A stretch of DNA of 64,000 nucleotides from an uncultured bacterium (lineage in GTDB: Bacteria > Patescibacteriota > Doudnabacteria > UBA920): the NCBI GenBank assembly GCA_963749445.1, contig CAVVMJ010000003.1:128715-192714 (forward strand). The letters are read 5' to 3'. Shown piece by piece: positions 39,457 through 48,690 of the stretch. Every line of letters starts with the position of its first letter. Within the stretch, counting starts at the first letter, position 1. The position numbers and the translations under genes were made by a program. A model generated the notes under the pieces. The model made no database searches and was not told the origin of the DNA. It saw only the letters and a program-made list of their open reading frames with translations.

Positions 39457-39906
39457 ATGAAAAACGTGAAAGTGGTTTTGTTTTGTGAGAGCTCTCAAGG
39501 ATTTGAGGATCTTTTGTGGGGTGACCGTGGATGCCTTCGCGCGGACTACCAACGCCTGTCGGGTGTCGAAGTAGAAGCCCGGGGATTTGGGGGAAATCTG
39601 GTAGATACCAATGGCAAACCCAATGAGAACGGGAAAGCTTTTTTGGAGGCCTGCAAAACTGCGGACGTGCTCGTCACGGACGCTTGGACTGGCACATCGA
39701 TGTACACGAATACCGAGGAACCCTTAGCCAGGATGGCTGAGATGGTGTGGAGAGCGAAAAAGCTCAATCCCCGGCTGGTGGTGTTCGGCGACTTGCTTGA
39801 AGGCGAGCACGAGACAATTCTCCACCAGATGTACGGCGCAACACCGATCAGGCACTGGCGGGACAAGAAGATCATCGAAGCGGTCAAAAAGGCCGCTCTC
39901 ACGTAG
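39457..39906 (+). CDS. Hypothetical Rossmann-like protein in a foreign-looking cassette (possibly nucleoside 2-deoxyribosyltransferase/SLOG-like fold).
   Basis: Strong SD AAGGAGGAG; GC about 55%; alternating beta/alpha pattern VKVVLFCES...ADVLVTDAWTGT...RLVVFGD. Confidence 0.3.
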   Translation: MKNVKVVLFCESSQGFEDLLWGDRGCLRADYQRLSGVEVEARGFGGNLVDTNGKPNENGKAFLEACKTADVLVTDAWTGTSMYTNTEEPLARMAEMVWRAKKLNPRLVVFGDLLEGEHETILHQMYGATPIRHWRDKKIIEAVKKAALT

Positions 39907-40032
39907 TACTTGGCAGGACTAGTGTGTATTTACAATGCATTCGCGCTGCCTTTTTGAGGCTTTGATGAAAATCGAGGCTTCAAAATCGGAAAACACCCGG
40001 CGGGGCGTGAATACGCAAAATTAGGAGGTAAC

Positions 40033-40446
40033 ATGGAAGACGTTGGCACGGTTGGGAGCTGGAACGATGTATCTAAGGCCGCGCAGACGCTCATGCGCAG
40101 GGGCTATATACAGGGAGTGGCAATTGTGTCACTTCAAAAGTTCGGTGAGGGAGAATACGATGCCGTGCGAATTGATGGCAACGGCGCAGGCTATGACGAT
40201 GGCACGCTCGACAAGGTCATGCGGGAAATCCCACAAAAGTTTCCGGATGCCGTGAGTTTCCGGCTCTTCATCGAACGCATGAAGGCGTACGGATCAGGAG
40301 AACCTTGGTATGAGACATTGACGGTAGTTTGCGTGGCCGCAAAGCAGGCGCTTGATACCATTCAGCCGCGAGGACTTCTGCATAAGTCACTGAGGATTAC
40401 ACAGTTTTCGGCGGTCATCGGTTCGTGCGGGTATCTGGGCGATTGA
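40033..40446 (+). CDS. Hypothetical protein, the second gene of the GC-rich cassette.
   Basis: SD TAGGAGGT 5 nt upstream; no recognisable motifs. Confidence 0.3.
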   Translation: MEDVGTVGSWNDVSKAAQTLMRRGYIQGVAIVSLQKFGEGEYDAVRIDGNGAGYDDGTLDKVMREIPQKFPDAVSFRLFIERMKAYGSGEPWYETLTVVCVAAKQALDTIQPRGLLHKSLRITQFSAVIGSCGYLGD

Positions 40447-40490
40447 CATCGGCGATGGCGTGTGCCATCATTCAACGGACCAAATGATAA

Positions 40491-40533
40491 AGGGCGGATA
40501 ACGAAGCATTCGTTCCGCCCCTTTTTATAAAAA
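40491..40533 (+). terminator. Rho-independent terminator.
   Basis: gggcggataacgaagcattcgttccgccc followed by a T5 and an A6 run. Confidence 0.7.
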
Positions 40534-40541
40534 ATTATTTT

Positions 40542-40577
40542 GTCTAACATCATTTCCGGCCGGAAATGATGTTAGAC
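40542..40577. promoter_or_regulatory. Perfect 36-bp palindrome.
   Basis: gtctaacatcatttccgg|ccggaaatgatgttagac. Confidence 0.6.
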
Positions 40578-40581
40578 AAGG

Positions 40582-41847
40582 CTAAATTGCTAGAGAAAGT
40601 ATAATCCAAAATACCATGGCCAAGTCGTTTTTAAAGTAGGGGTTGTCTACTTGGCCTTGGACTAATACTGCGATGAGGAAGAGGGCGATGGATAAGGCAA
40701 TTGTGCGGTTAAAATCTCCAACTACCCCGTCTCGCTTCGCAATCCACCCCTCCTTGGCAGGAGGGGAAGCTCCGCGAAGACCGCGGTAAAGGTAGAGTCC
40801 GATTAGCCCGATTAAACTTATTAGCCCGATTAGTCCGGTTTCCACCCAGAGGTCTAGGAAAATGTTGTGCGGGAAGTTGTGGGTGTCGGTGAGGCCGGGG
40901 TCGGTGTTAAGGGTTGTCCACTGGCGTGAAAAGCCGGTTAAGCCGAGTCCAAAAATCGGCGATTCTTTAACGCCTTTTATGCCGGTATCCCAAAGGGAAA
41001 AGCGGGAGACCGCGGACTTCTCACCGTAAAAAGGCAGGACAAAGCGCCAGCGGAGGTTGGGGATGCAAACGATAACGATAACCATAATGATAACGCCGGC
41101 AAAAATTATTTTGCGGATTTTTTTGTCCGCGGCAAATATCAGGTAAACCAAAACCGCGGCGCCAAGGCCGGCCCAGCCGGCGCGGGAGAGCGATAATAGT
41201 AATCCGGTAGCGCCGATTATCCAAGCAAACATCTTTATCCAATTTTTCCACCCCTCCCTAACCCTCCCCATCAAGGGGAGGGAAAAAGAAGAAAAAATAT
41301 CCGGAATCAAGAAGGCTAAAAGTGGGGCGCACCAGAGGGCGTAAAAGTTCGGGTGGATGAAGAAGCTTAAGGCGCGCTTGGGCTCGTTGCTGTTGCCCCA
41401 CCAAGCTGTCGGCAATCCGATTAATGTAAAGTACTGGAGAATTGCGTAGAGGCCGGTGACTGCGAGGAGAAAGTAAGTAGTTAGTAGTAAGTAGTTAGTA
41501 GCCCGCGGGTATTGCTTGATAATAAATCGGCCGATAAAAAATATAGAAACCGGCTGCAAAAATAACACAATAAACTGGCCGAGTTTGGCGCGGTCAAAGC
41601 CATGGACAAACAAGGAAATTATCCCGGACAGGAAAAACAGACCAACCAAAACCAGGATTTTTTTATCCAAACCCATCAGCGATTGCCAAAATTCCCGTAG
41701 TTGATGTTTGGCCAAAATCCACCCTAAAAAAATCACCCACACTAAAACTACCCACACCATTAAAACGTCTGGGGGAAAGCCAAAAACGTTAAATTTAATA
41801 ACGTAGGTCGGCGTTAGCAGTAAAGTTAGGGCAAGAAGATAAGGCAT
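40582..41847 (-). CDS. O-antigen ligase-like (Wzy_C/WaaL family) polytopic membrane protein. Carries in-frame GC-rich hairpin inserts.
   Basis: LLLSLSRAGWAGLGAAVLV (Wzy_C motif). Hairpins cccctccttggcaggagggg (40773-40815) and ccctccccatcaaggggaggg (41250-41285) fall within loops. Confidence 0.6.
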   Translation of the reverse strand: MPYLLALTLLLTPTYVIKFNVFGFPPDVLMVWVVLVWVIFLGWILAKHQLREFWQSLMGLDKKILVLVGLFFLSGIISLFVHGFDRAKLGQFIVLFLQPVSIFFIGRFIIKQYPRATNYLLLTTYFLLAVTGLYAILQYFTLIGLPTAWWGNSNEPKRALSFFIHPNFYALWCAPLLAFLIPDIFSSFSLPLMGRVREGWKNWIKMFAWIIGATGLLLSLSRAGWAGLGAAVLVYLIFAADKKIRKIIFAGVIIMVIVIVCIPNLRWRFVLPFYGEKSAVSRFSLWDTGIKGVKESPIFGLGLTGFSRQWTTLNTDPGLTDTHNFPHNIFLDLWVETGLIGLISLIGLIGLYLYRGLRGASPPAKEGWIAKRDGVVGDFNRTIALSIALFLIAVLVQGQVDNPYFKNDLAMVFWIILSLAI

Positions 41848-41857
41848 AGTTATTGAG

Positions 41858-41950
41858 CAAGATTTAAAAGATTTAAATGATTGACATGATTAAGAGTTGG
41901 CAATCTTGTCAATTTTGTCATTCATGTCAATCTTGTCAATCAATTTAGGG
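41858..41950. repeat. Family-C palindromic element (copy C2, inverted relative to C1), filling the WaaL-like gene's upstream spacer.
   Basis: Reverse complement reads acaagattgacatgaatgacaaaattgacaagattgccaac...catgtcaatcatttaaatcttttaaatcttg. Confidence 0.65.
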
Positions 41951-44800
41951 AATTGTGACGTTGATTTTGGGACTGGCGGCGCCGGTATCGCTTTGGGCGA
42001 AAATTTTATAGCTGCCGGAAGGCGGCGGCGCGGTCCAGGTCAGGCTGTACTGGTAAGTGTCGCCCAAGTGGCTGATATTAAAAGCCGGACCCAAAGCTTG
42101 CGCTGCCCCCCCGTCTTTTTGGTAGAAAAAGTTGACTTGGCCGTAGAGTTTTGGGCTTTCGGCCGTGATGTTCAAAGGAAAATTGGCCGTGGTTCCGGCA
42201 GGAGGATCGGTAATTGTCAGCGATTGTTGGACGGAGCCATAGTTGACGCTGACGCTGGTGTCCGCGGTTTGGTTTTGATTATCCGTGGCTCTCACCGCGA
42301 TGGTGTGTTGGCCGCTGTTGAGCGTTTTGTCAACCGTAAACACAAACGGCGCGCCGAGCAGGCTTTTGTAAAATATCCCGTCAATGGACAAGTCCACGCG
42401 GCTGATTGTGTTGGGAGAATTAGCCTGCACGTTCACGGTAAAGGGCAGGCTGGTGAGGTTGTCGCCATCAGCTGGATCCAAAATTTGCACGGTCAGGCTG
42501 CCGGTGTTGCCGCCGGGCGGAGGCTGAATAGTTACCGTGGTTCCCGCCGGACAGACATCCGGCTGGGTGGCGGCCCAGGCCTGGACCGGGTCTTCCCAGT
42601 TGGGATTATTCGGCATTTCGCTATGGTAAACCGAACAAACTTTGTAGACTAGATTTTGTTGCGGCGTCAGCGAAGTGGCCGGCAGGTTAGTTGTGGAATC
42701 AAAAGCTTGGTTTACGTGTACGTTGTCATAGTCAGTCGGCACGGAGTAATCGGCGAATATCTCGGTATGGGTTGAGGGAGAATATTGGGTGGGCAGTTTG
42801 CCGGAGGCATCGTCAACCGTGGCCTGCTGGATGCCCGGGGGCACGGTAAAGTCTTCGGCCGGTGTGTTGGCTAGAGCCTTTAGCATAAAATCGTGCCAAA
42901 TGGGCGCGGCGACCACCACGCCATCCGCGTTTTTGGCCAGAAATTCGCCGTCGTTATTGCCCGCCCAAACGCCGGCCGCCAAAGACGGGGTAAAGCCCAA
43001 AGTCCAGCCGTCGTGCCAGTTTTGGGTGGTGCCGGTTTTGGCCGCCACGGTGCGGTCCGGCAAAATCAGCGGCGAATTGGCGCCAAAAATAAAGCTGCGG
43101 GAATTGTTGTCGGTTAAAATATTAATCAGCTCGTAAGCCGCTTGCGGGTCCACAACCTGTTTGGCGCTATTTTGATATTGCTCCAGTACGTTGCCGGAGC
43201 TGTCTTCTATTTTTAAGATGGCGGTGGCGTCGTTTTTCAGCCCTTCGTTGGCCAAAGCCGCGTAAGCCGCGGTGTGATCCAAAAGCCTGACTTCACAGCC
43301 GCCCAGCACCAAAGACAAGCCGCAATCCGCCAGCGGACTGGCAATGCCTAGATCGTGCGCGGTCTTGGTGGCATTGTTGACGCCAACCAAATCTAAAGTT
43401 TTAACGGCCGGCACGTTCAGACTACCGGCCAAGGCCTTGCGCATGTTGACCAGGCCGTTGTTTTCGCCGTTGTAATTGTGCGGGATATAATCTTTGCCGT
43501 TGTAAGTGCCGAAATCGGTGGTCAGGTCAAACAAAGGGCTGGCCGGCGTGTAATTAAATTGTTTGCCAAACGCGGTCACGTAAACGTAAGGCTTAAAGCT
43601 GCTGCCGGGTTGGCGCAGGGACAGCGCCACATTGACGTTGGGTTCAAAAGTGCAGTTTTTACCCGGACTGCAGCCAGTCGGCTCCGGCGCACCGAAATAA
43701 TCCTTGCTGCCCACCATGGCCAAAATTTGTCCAGTTTTGGGATCAATCGCCACCAGCGCCGCGTTGCCGACTTTGTACTTTTTTTGCTCCTTAGCCGCGT
43801 CGTCCTTGACCACCTGTTCGGCGATGCTTTGGAGTTTGGGATCCAGCGTAGTGTAAACTTTTAAGCCCCCTTCTTCCAGGGTTGACTCGCCGTATTTATT
43901 CGCCAAATAGTTTTCTACGTACAGCACAAAGTGTGGCGCCACCATATTGTTGGACAGCGGGGAGAAATCAACCTTTTCGCCTTGGGCCTGCTTCATTTGA
44001 TCGTTCGTGATGTAGCCCTGGTCTTTCATCAGCGATAAGATTGTATTTTTGCGGTCATCTAACGCCTGGCGGTTGGGGCCTAAAGGATTATAATAAGTCG
44101 GAGCTTGGGGCAGGGCTGCAAGATAGGCGCTTTCGGCCAGGTCTAAATTGTTGGCGGATTTGCCAAAATAGCTTTGGGCCGCGGCTTCTACGCCGTAAGC
44201 GTTCCGCCCATAGGGAATTTCATTGAGGTACATTTCCAGAATTTGGTTTTTAGAAAAGCGCGCGTCAATGGCAATGCTCAAAATCGCCTCGCGGATTTTC
44301 CGGTCCCAGGATTTTTGGTTGGTCAAAATGGCATTTTTGACAAACTGCTGGGTAATGGTGCTGGCGCCTTGGCTTTTGTGCAAAGTCAGCACATCGGCAA
44401 TGGCCGCGCGGACTATGCCGGTAAAAGATATCCCGCCTTCTTTGTAAAAATTTTTGTCTTCCACGGCAATGGTGGCGTGTTGAAGATCAGTCCCGATTTG
44501 GCCCAGGCTCACCTGGGTGCGTTTGTATTCCCCGTGGATTTCGTAAAGTTGGCTGCCGTCTTTGGCGAAAATTTTGGTGGATTCCGGTATTTGTCTGTCC
44601 AACAGTTTACCCGGGTCGGGCAAATCGCGGGTGTAATAAAAAAACAATATGGCAATCAGCAAAATGCCCAGGGCCACAAGGCGAAAAGTCCAGGTAAAAA
44701 ATTTTTTCCGGGGAAACTTGCCGAATTTGAATTTGGGCTTTGGTTGCCGTTTAGGCGGCCTTGCCGGTACGGCTTTTGTTGTATAACTGTATACGCGCAT
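41945..44800 (-). CDS. Class A penicillin-binding protein PBP1A with C-terminal Ig-like extensions.
   Basis: Transglycosylase motifs EDKNFYKEGGISF and GASTITQQFVKN; transpeptidase SxxK/KTGT region; N-terminal TM. Confidence 0.85.
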   Translation of the reverse strand: MRVYSYTTKAVPARPPKRQPKPKFKFGKFPRKKFFTWTFRLVALGILLIAILFFYYTRDLPDPGKLLDRQIPESTKIFAKDGSQLYEIHGEYKRTQVSLGQIGTDLQHATIAVEDKNFYKEGGISFTGIVRAAIADVLTLHKSQGASTITQQFVKNAILTNQKSWDRKIREAILSIAIDARFSKNQILEMYLNEIPYGRNAYGVEAAAQSYFGKSANNLDLAESAYLAALPQAPTYYNPLGPNRQALDDRKNTILSLMKDQGYITNDQMKQAQGEKVDFSPLSNNMVAPHFVLYVENYLANKYGESTLEEGGLKVYTTLDPKLQSIAEQVVKDDAAKEQKKYKVGNAALVAIDPKTGQILAMVGSKDYFGAPEPTGCSPGKNCTFEPNVNVALSLRQPGSSFKPYVYVTAFGKQFNYTPASPLFDLTTDFGTYNGKDYIPHNYNGENNGLVNMRKALAGSLNVPAVKTLDLVGVNNATKTAHDLGIASPLADCGLSLVLGGCEVRLLDHTAAYAALANEGLKNDATAILKIEDSSGNVLEQYQNSAKQVVDPQAAYELINILTDNNSRSFIFGANSPLILPDRTVAAKTGTTQNWHDGWTLGFTPSLAAGVWAGNNDGEFLAKNADGVVVAAPIWHDFMLKALANTPAEDFTVPPGIQQATVDDASGKLPTQYSPSTHTEIFADYSVPTDYDNVHVNQAFDSTTNLPATSLTPQQNLVYKVCSVYHSEMPNNPNWEDPVQAWAATQPDVCPAGTTVTIQPPPGGNTGSLTVQILDPADGDNLTSLPFTVNVQANSPNTISRVDLSIDGIFYKSLLGAPFVFTVDKTLNSGQHTIAVRATDNQNQTADTSVSVNYGSVQQSLTITDPPAGTTANFPLNITAESPKLYGQVNFFYQKDGGAAQALGPAFNISHLGDTYQYSLTWTAPPPSGSYKIFAQSDTGAASPKINVTIP

Positions 44801-44869
44801 ATGTGCTCATTATAACTGTTTTCCGGTTTTAAGAAAAATGCTATAATAGATGCAAGTGAACTTTTAATT

Positions 44870-46036
44870 ATGGATAAAATAGAAGAAATCTTAAGGGGTG
44901 CGGGAGAGATCTTTACCAGGGCGGAGTTGGAAGATGTTTTGGCATCCAAAAAAAAGTTGAGGATTTATTACGGGGTTGACCCTTCGGGTGCGGTTATTCA
45001 TTTGGGCCACGCGGTAATTTTAAGCAAACTGCAAATTCTCCAGCAGCTTGGCCACAAAATTATTTTTTTAATTGGCGATTTTACAGGCATGATTGGTGAT
45101 CCAACTGATCGCGCCTCAGTGCGCCAGCCTCTTACCCGCGAACAGGTTTTGGAGAACGCTAAGACCTACAAAAAACAAGTGTCTAAATTTTTGGATTTTA
45201 CGGGAAAAAATTCGGCGGAAATCAGGCTCAACAGCGAGTGGAATAACAAATTATCTTTTAAAGATATTATTAAACTGTCCGGCAAGTTCACGGTGCAACA
45301 GTTTTTGGAGCGCGATATGTTTGAAAAAAGGATGGCCGAAGGCAAGCCCATTGGGATGCATGAATTTTTATACCCGCTTATCCAGGGCAATGACGCGGTT
45401 GAACTTGACGCGGACATGCAGGTCGGCGGCACGGACCAGACCTTCAACATGCTACAGGGAAGATATTTGATGAAGGCTCTGAAAAATAGGACGCAAATGG
45501 TGATAACTTACCAATTGCTGGTTGGTACTGACGGTAGGAAAATGTCCAAGAGTTACAATAATGACATTGCCATTGGCGCGGAGCCGAACGATATGTTTGG
45601 TAAGGTTATGTCTGTTAATGATGATTTGATAAAACAGTATTTTATTTTGGCTACGAGCGTTCCTTTGGAGAAAGTGGATGAAATTTTGAAATTGCCTAAT
45701 CCCCGCGACCAAAAGTTAAGGCTGGCCGAAGAAATTGTGGCGCTATACCATGGTATAGCGGCCGCGGAAAAGGCCAAGGAGTCTTTTATCAGTCAGTTTA
45801 GCAAAGGCGAGCTACCTGCTGATATTGAAATTAAGCCTTCGGGAGCCGTAAAAGTTTCTGACGCGCTGGTTGAGTTAGGTTTAGCTGCCAGCAAGTCGGA
45901 AGCGCGTCGGTTAATTGAACAGGGCGGAATTGATTACGATGGAAAACGCCTTACAGAAGACGTTGATTTGGAATCTGATGGCGAGCCGAAACTTTTACGC
46001 AGAGGCAGGAATTTCGTAAAGATCAAAAAGAAATAA
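44870..46036 (+). CDS. tyrS: Tyrosyl-tRNA synthetase.
   Basis: HLGH (HIGH) and KMSKS motifs; C-terminal S4-like domain. Confidence 0.9.
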   Translation: MDKIEEILRGAGEIFTRAELEDVLASKKKLRIYYGVDPSGAVIHLGHAVILSKLQILQQLGHKIIFLIGDFTGMIGDPTDRASVRQPLTREQVLENAKTYKKQVSKFLDFTGKNSAEIRLNSEWNNKLSFKDIIKLSGKFTVQQFLERDMFEKRMAEGKPIGMHEFLYPLIQGNDAVELDADMQVGGTDQTFNMLQGRYLMKALKNRTQMVITYQLLVGTDGRKMSKSYNNDIAIGAEPNDMFGKVMSVNDDLIKQYFILATSVPLEKVDEILKLPNPRDQKLRLAEEIVALYHGIAAAEKAKESFISQFSKGELPADIEIKPSGAVKVSDALVELGLAASKSEARRLIEQGGIDYDGKRLTEDVDLESDGEPKLLRRGRNFVKIKKK

Positions 46037-46040
46037 ATCA

Positions 46041-46066
46041 AAACCCCTCCACTCGGAGGGGTTTTA
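46041..46066. terminator. Bidirectional terminator hairpin.
   Basis: aaaacccctccactcggaggggtttt. Confidence 0.6.
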
Positions 46067-46113
46067 AATTCAGCGTAAGATCAGCGTTGCAATCAGCGAC
46101 CTATCAGCGGTTT

Positions 46114-46392
46114 TTACACCTGGGCTTCGCCGCCGTCATCATCATCGCCATTCATTTCTTCATCTTTGTCCATTTCTTCGGTCGGAGCGTCGGTTGGGGT
46201 GCCTCCGGCCGCCGGGGTGTCGTCAAAAAACATAAGTTTGGTCTCCTTGGGTTCCACTTTGGGGAACTTGATAGTTAGCTTAAACTTCTGATTTTTCAGA
46301 AGTAAAGTCAGTATACCACGGCGTTTATCGGTGTCCAACCGATATATCCCCAGCCTTAGTTTAAAGTTTTTCGATAGTGAAATCCCGCGCAC
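46114..46392 (-). CDS. Hypothetical protein with an acidic C-terminal tail.
   Basis: ORF with a D/E-rich C-terminus; no recognisable motif. Confidence 0.3.
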   Translation of the reverse strand: MRGISLSKNFKLRLGIYRLDTDKRRGILTLLLKNQKFKLTIKFPKVEPKETKLMFFDDTPAAGGTPTDAPTEEMDKDEEMNGDDDDGGEAQV

Positions 46393-46844
46393 AGCGCTAT
46401 CGCCAGCGCATCGGCCGCATCGTCCGGCTTGGGCACGGATTTTAATTTAAAAGTTTTTTGCACAATATACTGCACCTGTTTTTTTTCGGCTTTGCCGTAG
46501 CCGCAGATAAAACTTTTTACCTGCAGCGGCGTAAATTCCAAAATCGGCAAATGATGCTGCTGCGCAATAAGCAAAACCACCCCCCTGGCTTGGCTAACCG
46601 TCATTACGGTTTTTTGGTTGGTGGTAAAAAATAGTTTTTCTATGCCGACCACGCCGGGTTTGTATTTTTTGATGAGCCGATTTATATCCGCCGCCAAAAT
46701 TGCCAACCGTTCGGCATCGGGCAAAGTTTTTTTAGTTGAAACAATTCCAAAATCAATGAGCCGGAATTCGTCTTTTTTGTTCGTCGAAGATATAATCCCA
46801 AACCCAGTCGTAGCGGTTCCCGGGTCAATTCCAAGAATAGTCAT
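46356..46844 (-). CDS. ruvC: Holliday junction resolvase RuvC.
   Basis: MTILGIDPGTATTGFGII N-terminus. The ORF-track N-terminal extension reads through repeat A2. Confidence 0.8.
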   Translation of the reverse strand: MTILGIDPGTATTGFGIISSTNKKDEFRLIDFGIVSTKKTLPDAERLAILAADINRLIKKYKPGVVGIEKLFFTTNQKTVMTVSQARGVVLLIAQQHHLPILEFTPLQVKSFICGYGKAEKKQVQYIVQKTFKLKSVPKPDDAADALAIALCAGFHYRKTLN

Positions 46845-46936
46845 AAGGTTTATATACGGAGTTTCCTTCCCTCTTTGAGGGAAGGTGGATCGCGCAGCGA
46901 GACAGAAGGGTTGGAGTGTTATCAACCCAATCTCCA

Positions 46937-47000
46937 ACCACCTCCCCCCGCTTCGCGGGGTACTCCTCCTTGAAAAGGAGGAGAGACTCCGCGGTTTTGT
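46937..47000. repeat. Family-A element (copy A2), intergenic.
   Basis: cacctccccccgcttcgcggggtactcctccttgaaaaggaggagagactccgcggtttt. Confidence 0.7.
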
Positions 47001-47006
47001 TTGGTT

Positions 47007-47723
47007 TTATAAATTGGCTGATGTGTGAACAGCGATAACGTCTTCGTCATTCTCCAGCTCCGCGAACAGCGCGTCTATTTTAGGTTTTTGATCTTCAGAT
47101 AAATCCACGCCTTGCGAACTTTCTTTTATAATATCGGCGCGCGCGATTTTGGCTCCGGCCTGCGCCAATGCGGTTTTTATTTTTTGCAAATCTGCCGGCT
47201 GCGTGTAGACTTCCAGCCCTTCATCAGACTCCCGAACATCATCAGCGCCGGTATCAATGGCCGCCATCTCAATGTCTGATATTTTGGCATCGCGCTCCAC
47301 TAAAATTTGGCCTTTGGCGTGAAATTGCCAGGCCACCGACCCCTGGCTGCCCAAATTGCCGCCGTGTTTGGAAAAAATGTGCTTTATGTCGTTAGTAGTG
47401 CGGTTGGGGTTGTCTGTGGCCGCTTCCACCAAAAATGCCGTACCGAACGGGCCGTAACCTTCGTAAACCACTTCCTTGATGTTTCCCGCCGTGCCGCCCG
47501 TAGCCGCTTTTATAGCGCGTTCAATGTTGTCATTCGGCATTCCCTGGTCTTTGGCGTAATCTACCGCGCTTTTTAATTTGAAGTTGGAAGCCGGGTCGCC
47601 CCCGCCGCCCTCTTTTACGGCGATGGAAATCTTTTTTCCCATTTTGGAAAACAGCAGGCCGCGCTTTTGGTCCAAAACGCCCTTGGTTCTTTTAATTTGC
47701 GACCATTTAGAATGTCCGGACAT
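47007..47723 (-). CDS. yebC: YebC/PmpR family DNA-binding regulator.
   Basis: MSGHSKWSQIKRTKG N-terminus. Confidence 0.85.
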   Translation of the reverse strand: MSGHSKWSQIKRTKGVLDQKRGLLFSKMGKKISIAVKEGGGGDPASNFKLKSAVDYAKDQGMPNDNIERAIKAATGGTAGNIKEVVYEGYGPFGTAFLVEAATDNPNRTTNDIKHIFSKHGGNLGSQGSVAWQFHAKGQILVERDAKISDIEMAAIDTGADDVRESDEGLEVYTQPADLQKIKTALAQAGAKIARADIIKESSQGVDLSEDQKPKIDALFAELENDEDVIAVHTSANL

Positions 47724-47764
47724 AGATATTGGATGTGCTGATGGTTATTGATGTGTTTGGTATA

Positions 47765-47818
47765 GAGGCACGCCGTGGCGTGCCTGATTGTCGGCATGCC
47801 AAGGCATGCCGCTACAGT
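47765..47818. repeat. Family-I tandem-hairpin element (copy I1).
   Basis: ggcacgccgtggcgtgcc + ggcatgccaaggcatgcc; an inverted copy lies at 60480-60545. Confidence 0.6.
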
Positions 47819-48571
47819 TTATTTAAACGATACCAAAACCGTAACTTCGCCTTTTATTGATGGTTTTTCTTTAAGTTTTTCCAAAACTTCGCCCGCGGAG
47901 CCGCGGATGAATTCTTCGTGCATTTTGGTGAGTTCGCGCGCAACAACGACTTGCGATCTCGGATAAGCGTTGGTAACGTATCCCAAAGTTTTTAAAATCC
48001 GTTCCGGGGATTCGTAAAAAATTGCCGTGGCTTCAGCATCGGCCGCTGCTTGCAAAGCCGATAAAGTTTTGGCCGCGGTTTTTTGCAAAAATCCCAAAAA
48101 CATGAACCGGTCGGTCGGCAGGCCGGAAGCCGAGAGCGCGGCAACGGCGGCATTGGCCCCCGGGATGGGAACCACTTGAATATTTTCTTTGGCGCATTCC
48201 CGTACTAATCTGAATCCCGGATCGGAAATCCCCGGCGTCCCTGCGTCGGTGATTAAGCATCCATCTTCTTTTTTTAGTCTTCGCGCAAGTTCTTTGACGA
48301 TTTGCTGTTCGTTGAATTCCGCAAATTGGACAATAGGTTTAGCTGAAATTGCGAGGAGTGCAGCCGACGAAGCAATCCCGTTCTTATTTGGGATTGTCGC
48401 GCCCTCGGCTGCACTCGGGCTCGCAATTTCCAAATGCTCGATGTATTGCAATAGCCTTCTGCTGTACCCCGGGTTTTCGGCCATCACAAAACCACACGCC
48501 TTTAAAGTTTCAACGGCGCGCAGGGTAATGTCTCCCATGTTGCCTATCGGAGTTGCTACTATGTAGAGCAT
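47819..48571 (-). CDS. rsmI: 16S rRNA 2'-O-methyltransferase RsmI, with a ~29-aa in-frame insertion encoded by repeat B1.
   Basis: MLYIVATPIGNMGDITLRAVETL and DAGTPGISDPG; extra segment EIASPSAAEGATIPNKNGIASSAALLAIS relative to the typical RsmI layout. Confidence 0.8.
   Translation of the reverse strand: MLYIVATPIGNMGDITLRAVETLKACGFVMAENPGYSRRLLQYIEHLEIASPSAAEGATIPNKNGIASSAALLAISAKPIVQFAEFNEQQIVKELARRLKKEDGCLITDAGTPGISDPGFRLVRECAKENIQVVPIPGANAAVAALSASGLPTDRFMFLGFLQKTAAKTLSALQAAADAEATAIFYESPERILKTLGYVTNAYPRSQVVVARELTKMHEEFIRGSAGEVLEKLKEKPSIKGEVTVLVSFK
48345..48430. repeat. Family-B palindromic element (copy B1) inside the rsmI coding sequence.
   Basis: gaaattgcgaggagtgcagccgacgaagcaatccc...gggattg...tcggctgcactcgggctcgcaatttc; a near-perfect hairpin. 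Confidence 0.7.
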
Positions 48572-48579
48572 GGAGTGTA

Positions 48580-48690
48580 TTTGGTTATAGGGTGTGGCGG
48601 CCGGTACAGTATTAGGGTTTGGGTATTAAGTCACTTACACCCAAAGACCTACAACTACACTGGCCGCTATACCTTATAACCTATTACAGA
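48580..48690. repeat. Family-F/G palindromic element (copy G1).
   Basis: ggttatagggtgtggcggccggtacagtattagggtttgggtattaagtcacttaca...ctacactggccgctatacc; about 80% identity to the inverted copy G2. Confidence 0.65.

Noticed and set aside
40542-40577. The 36-bp perfect palindrome as a transposon end or CRISPR repeat
   Set aside because: It is a single copy with no partner repeat in the window. It is reported only as a candidate operator or bidirectional terminator.
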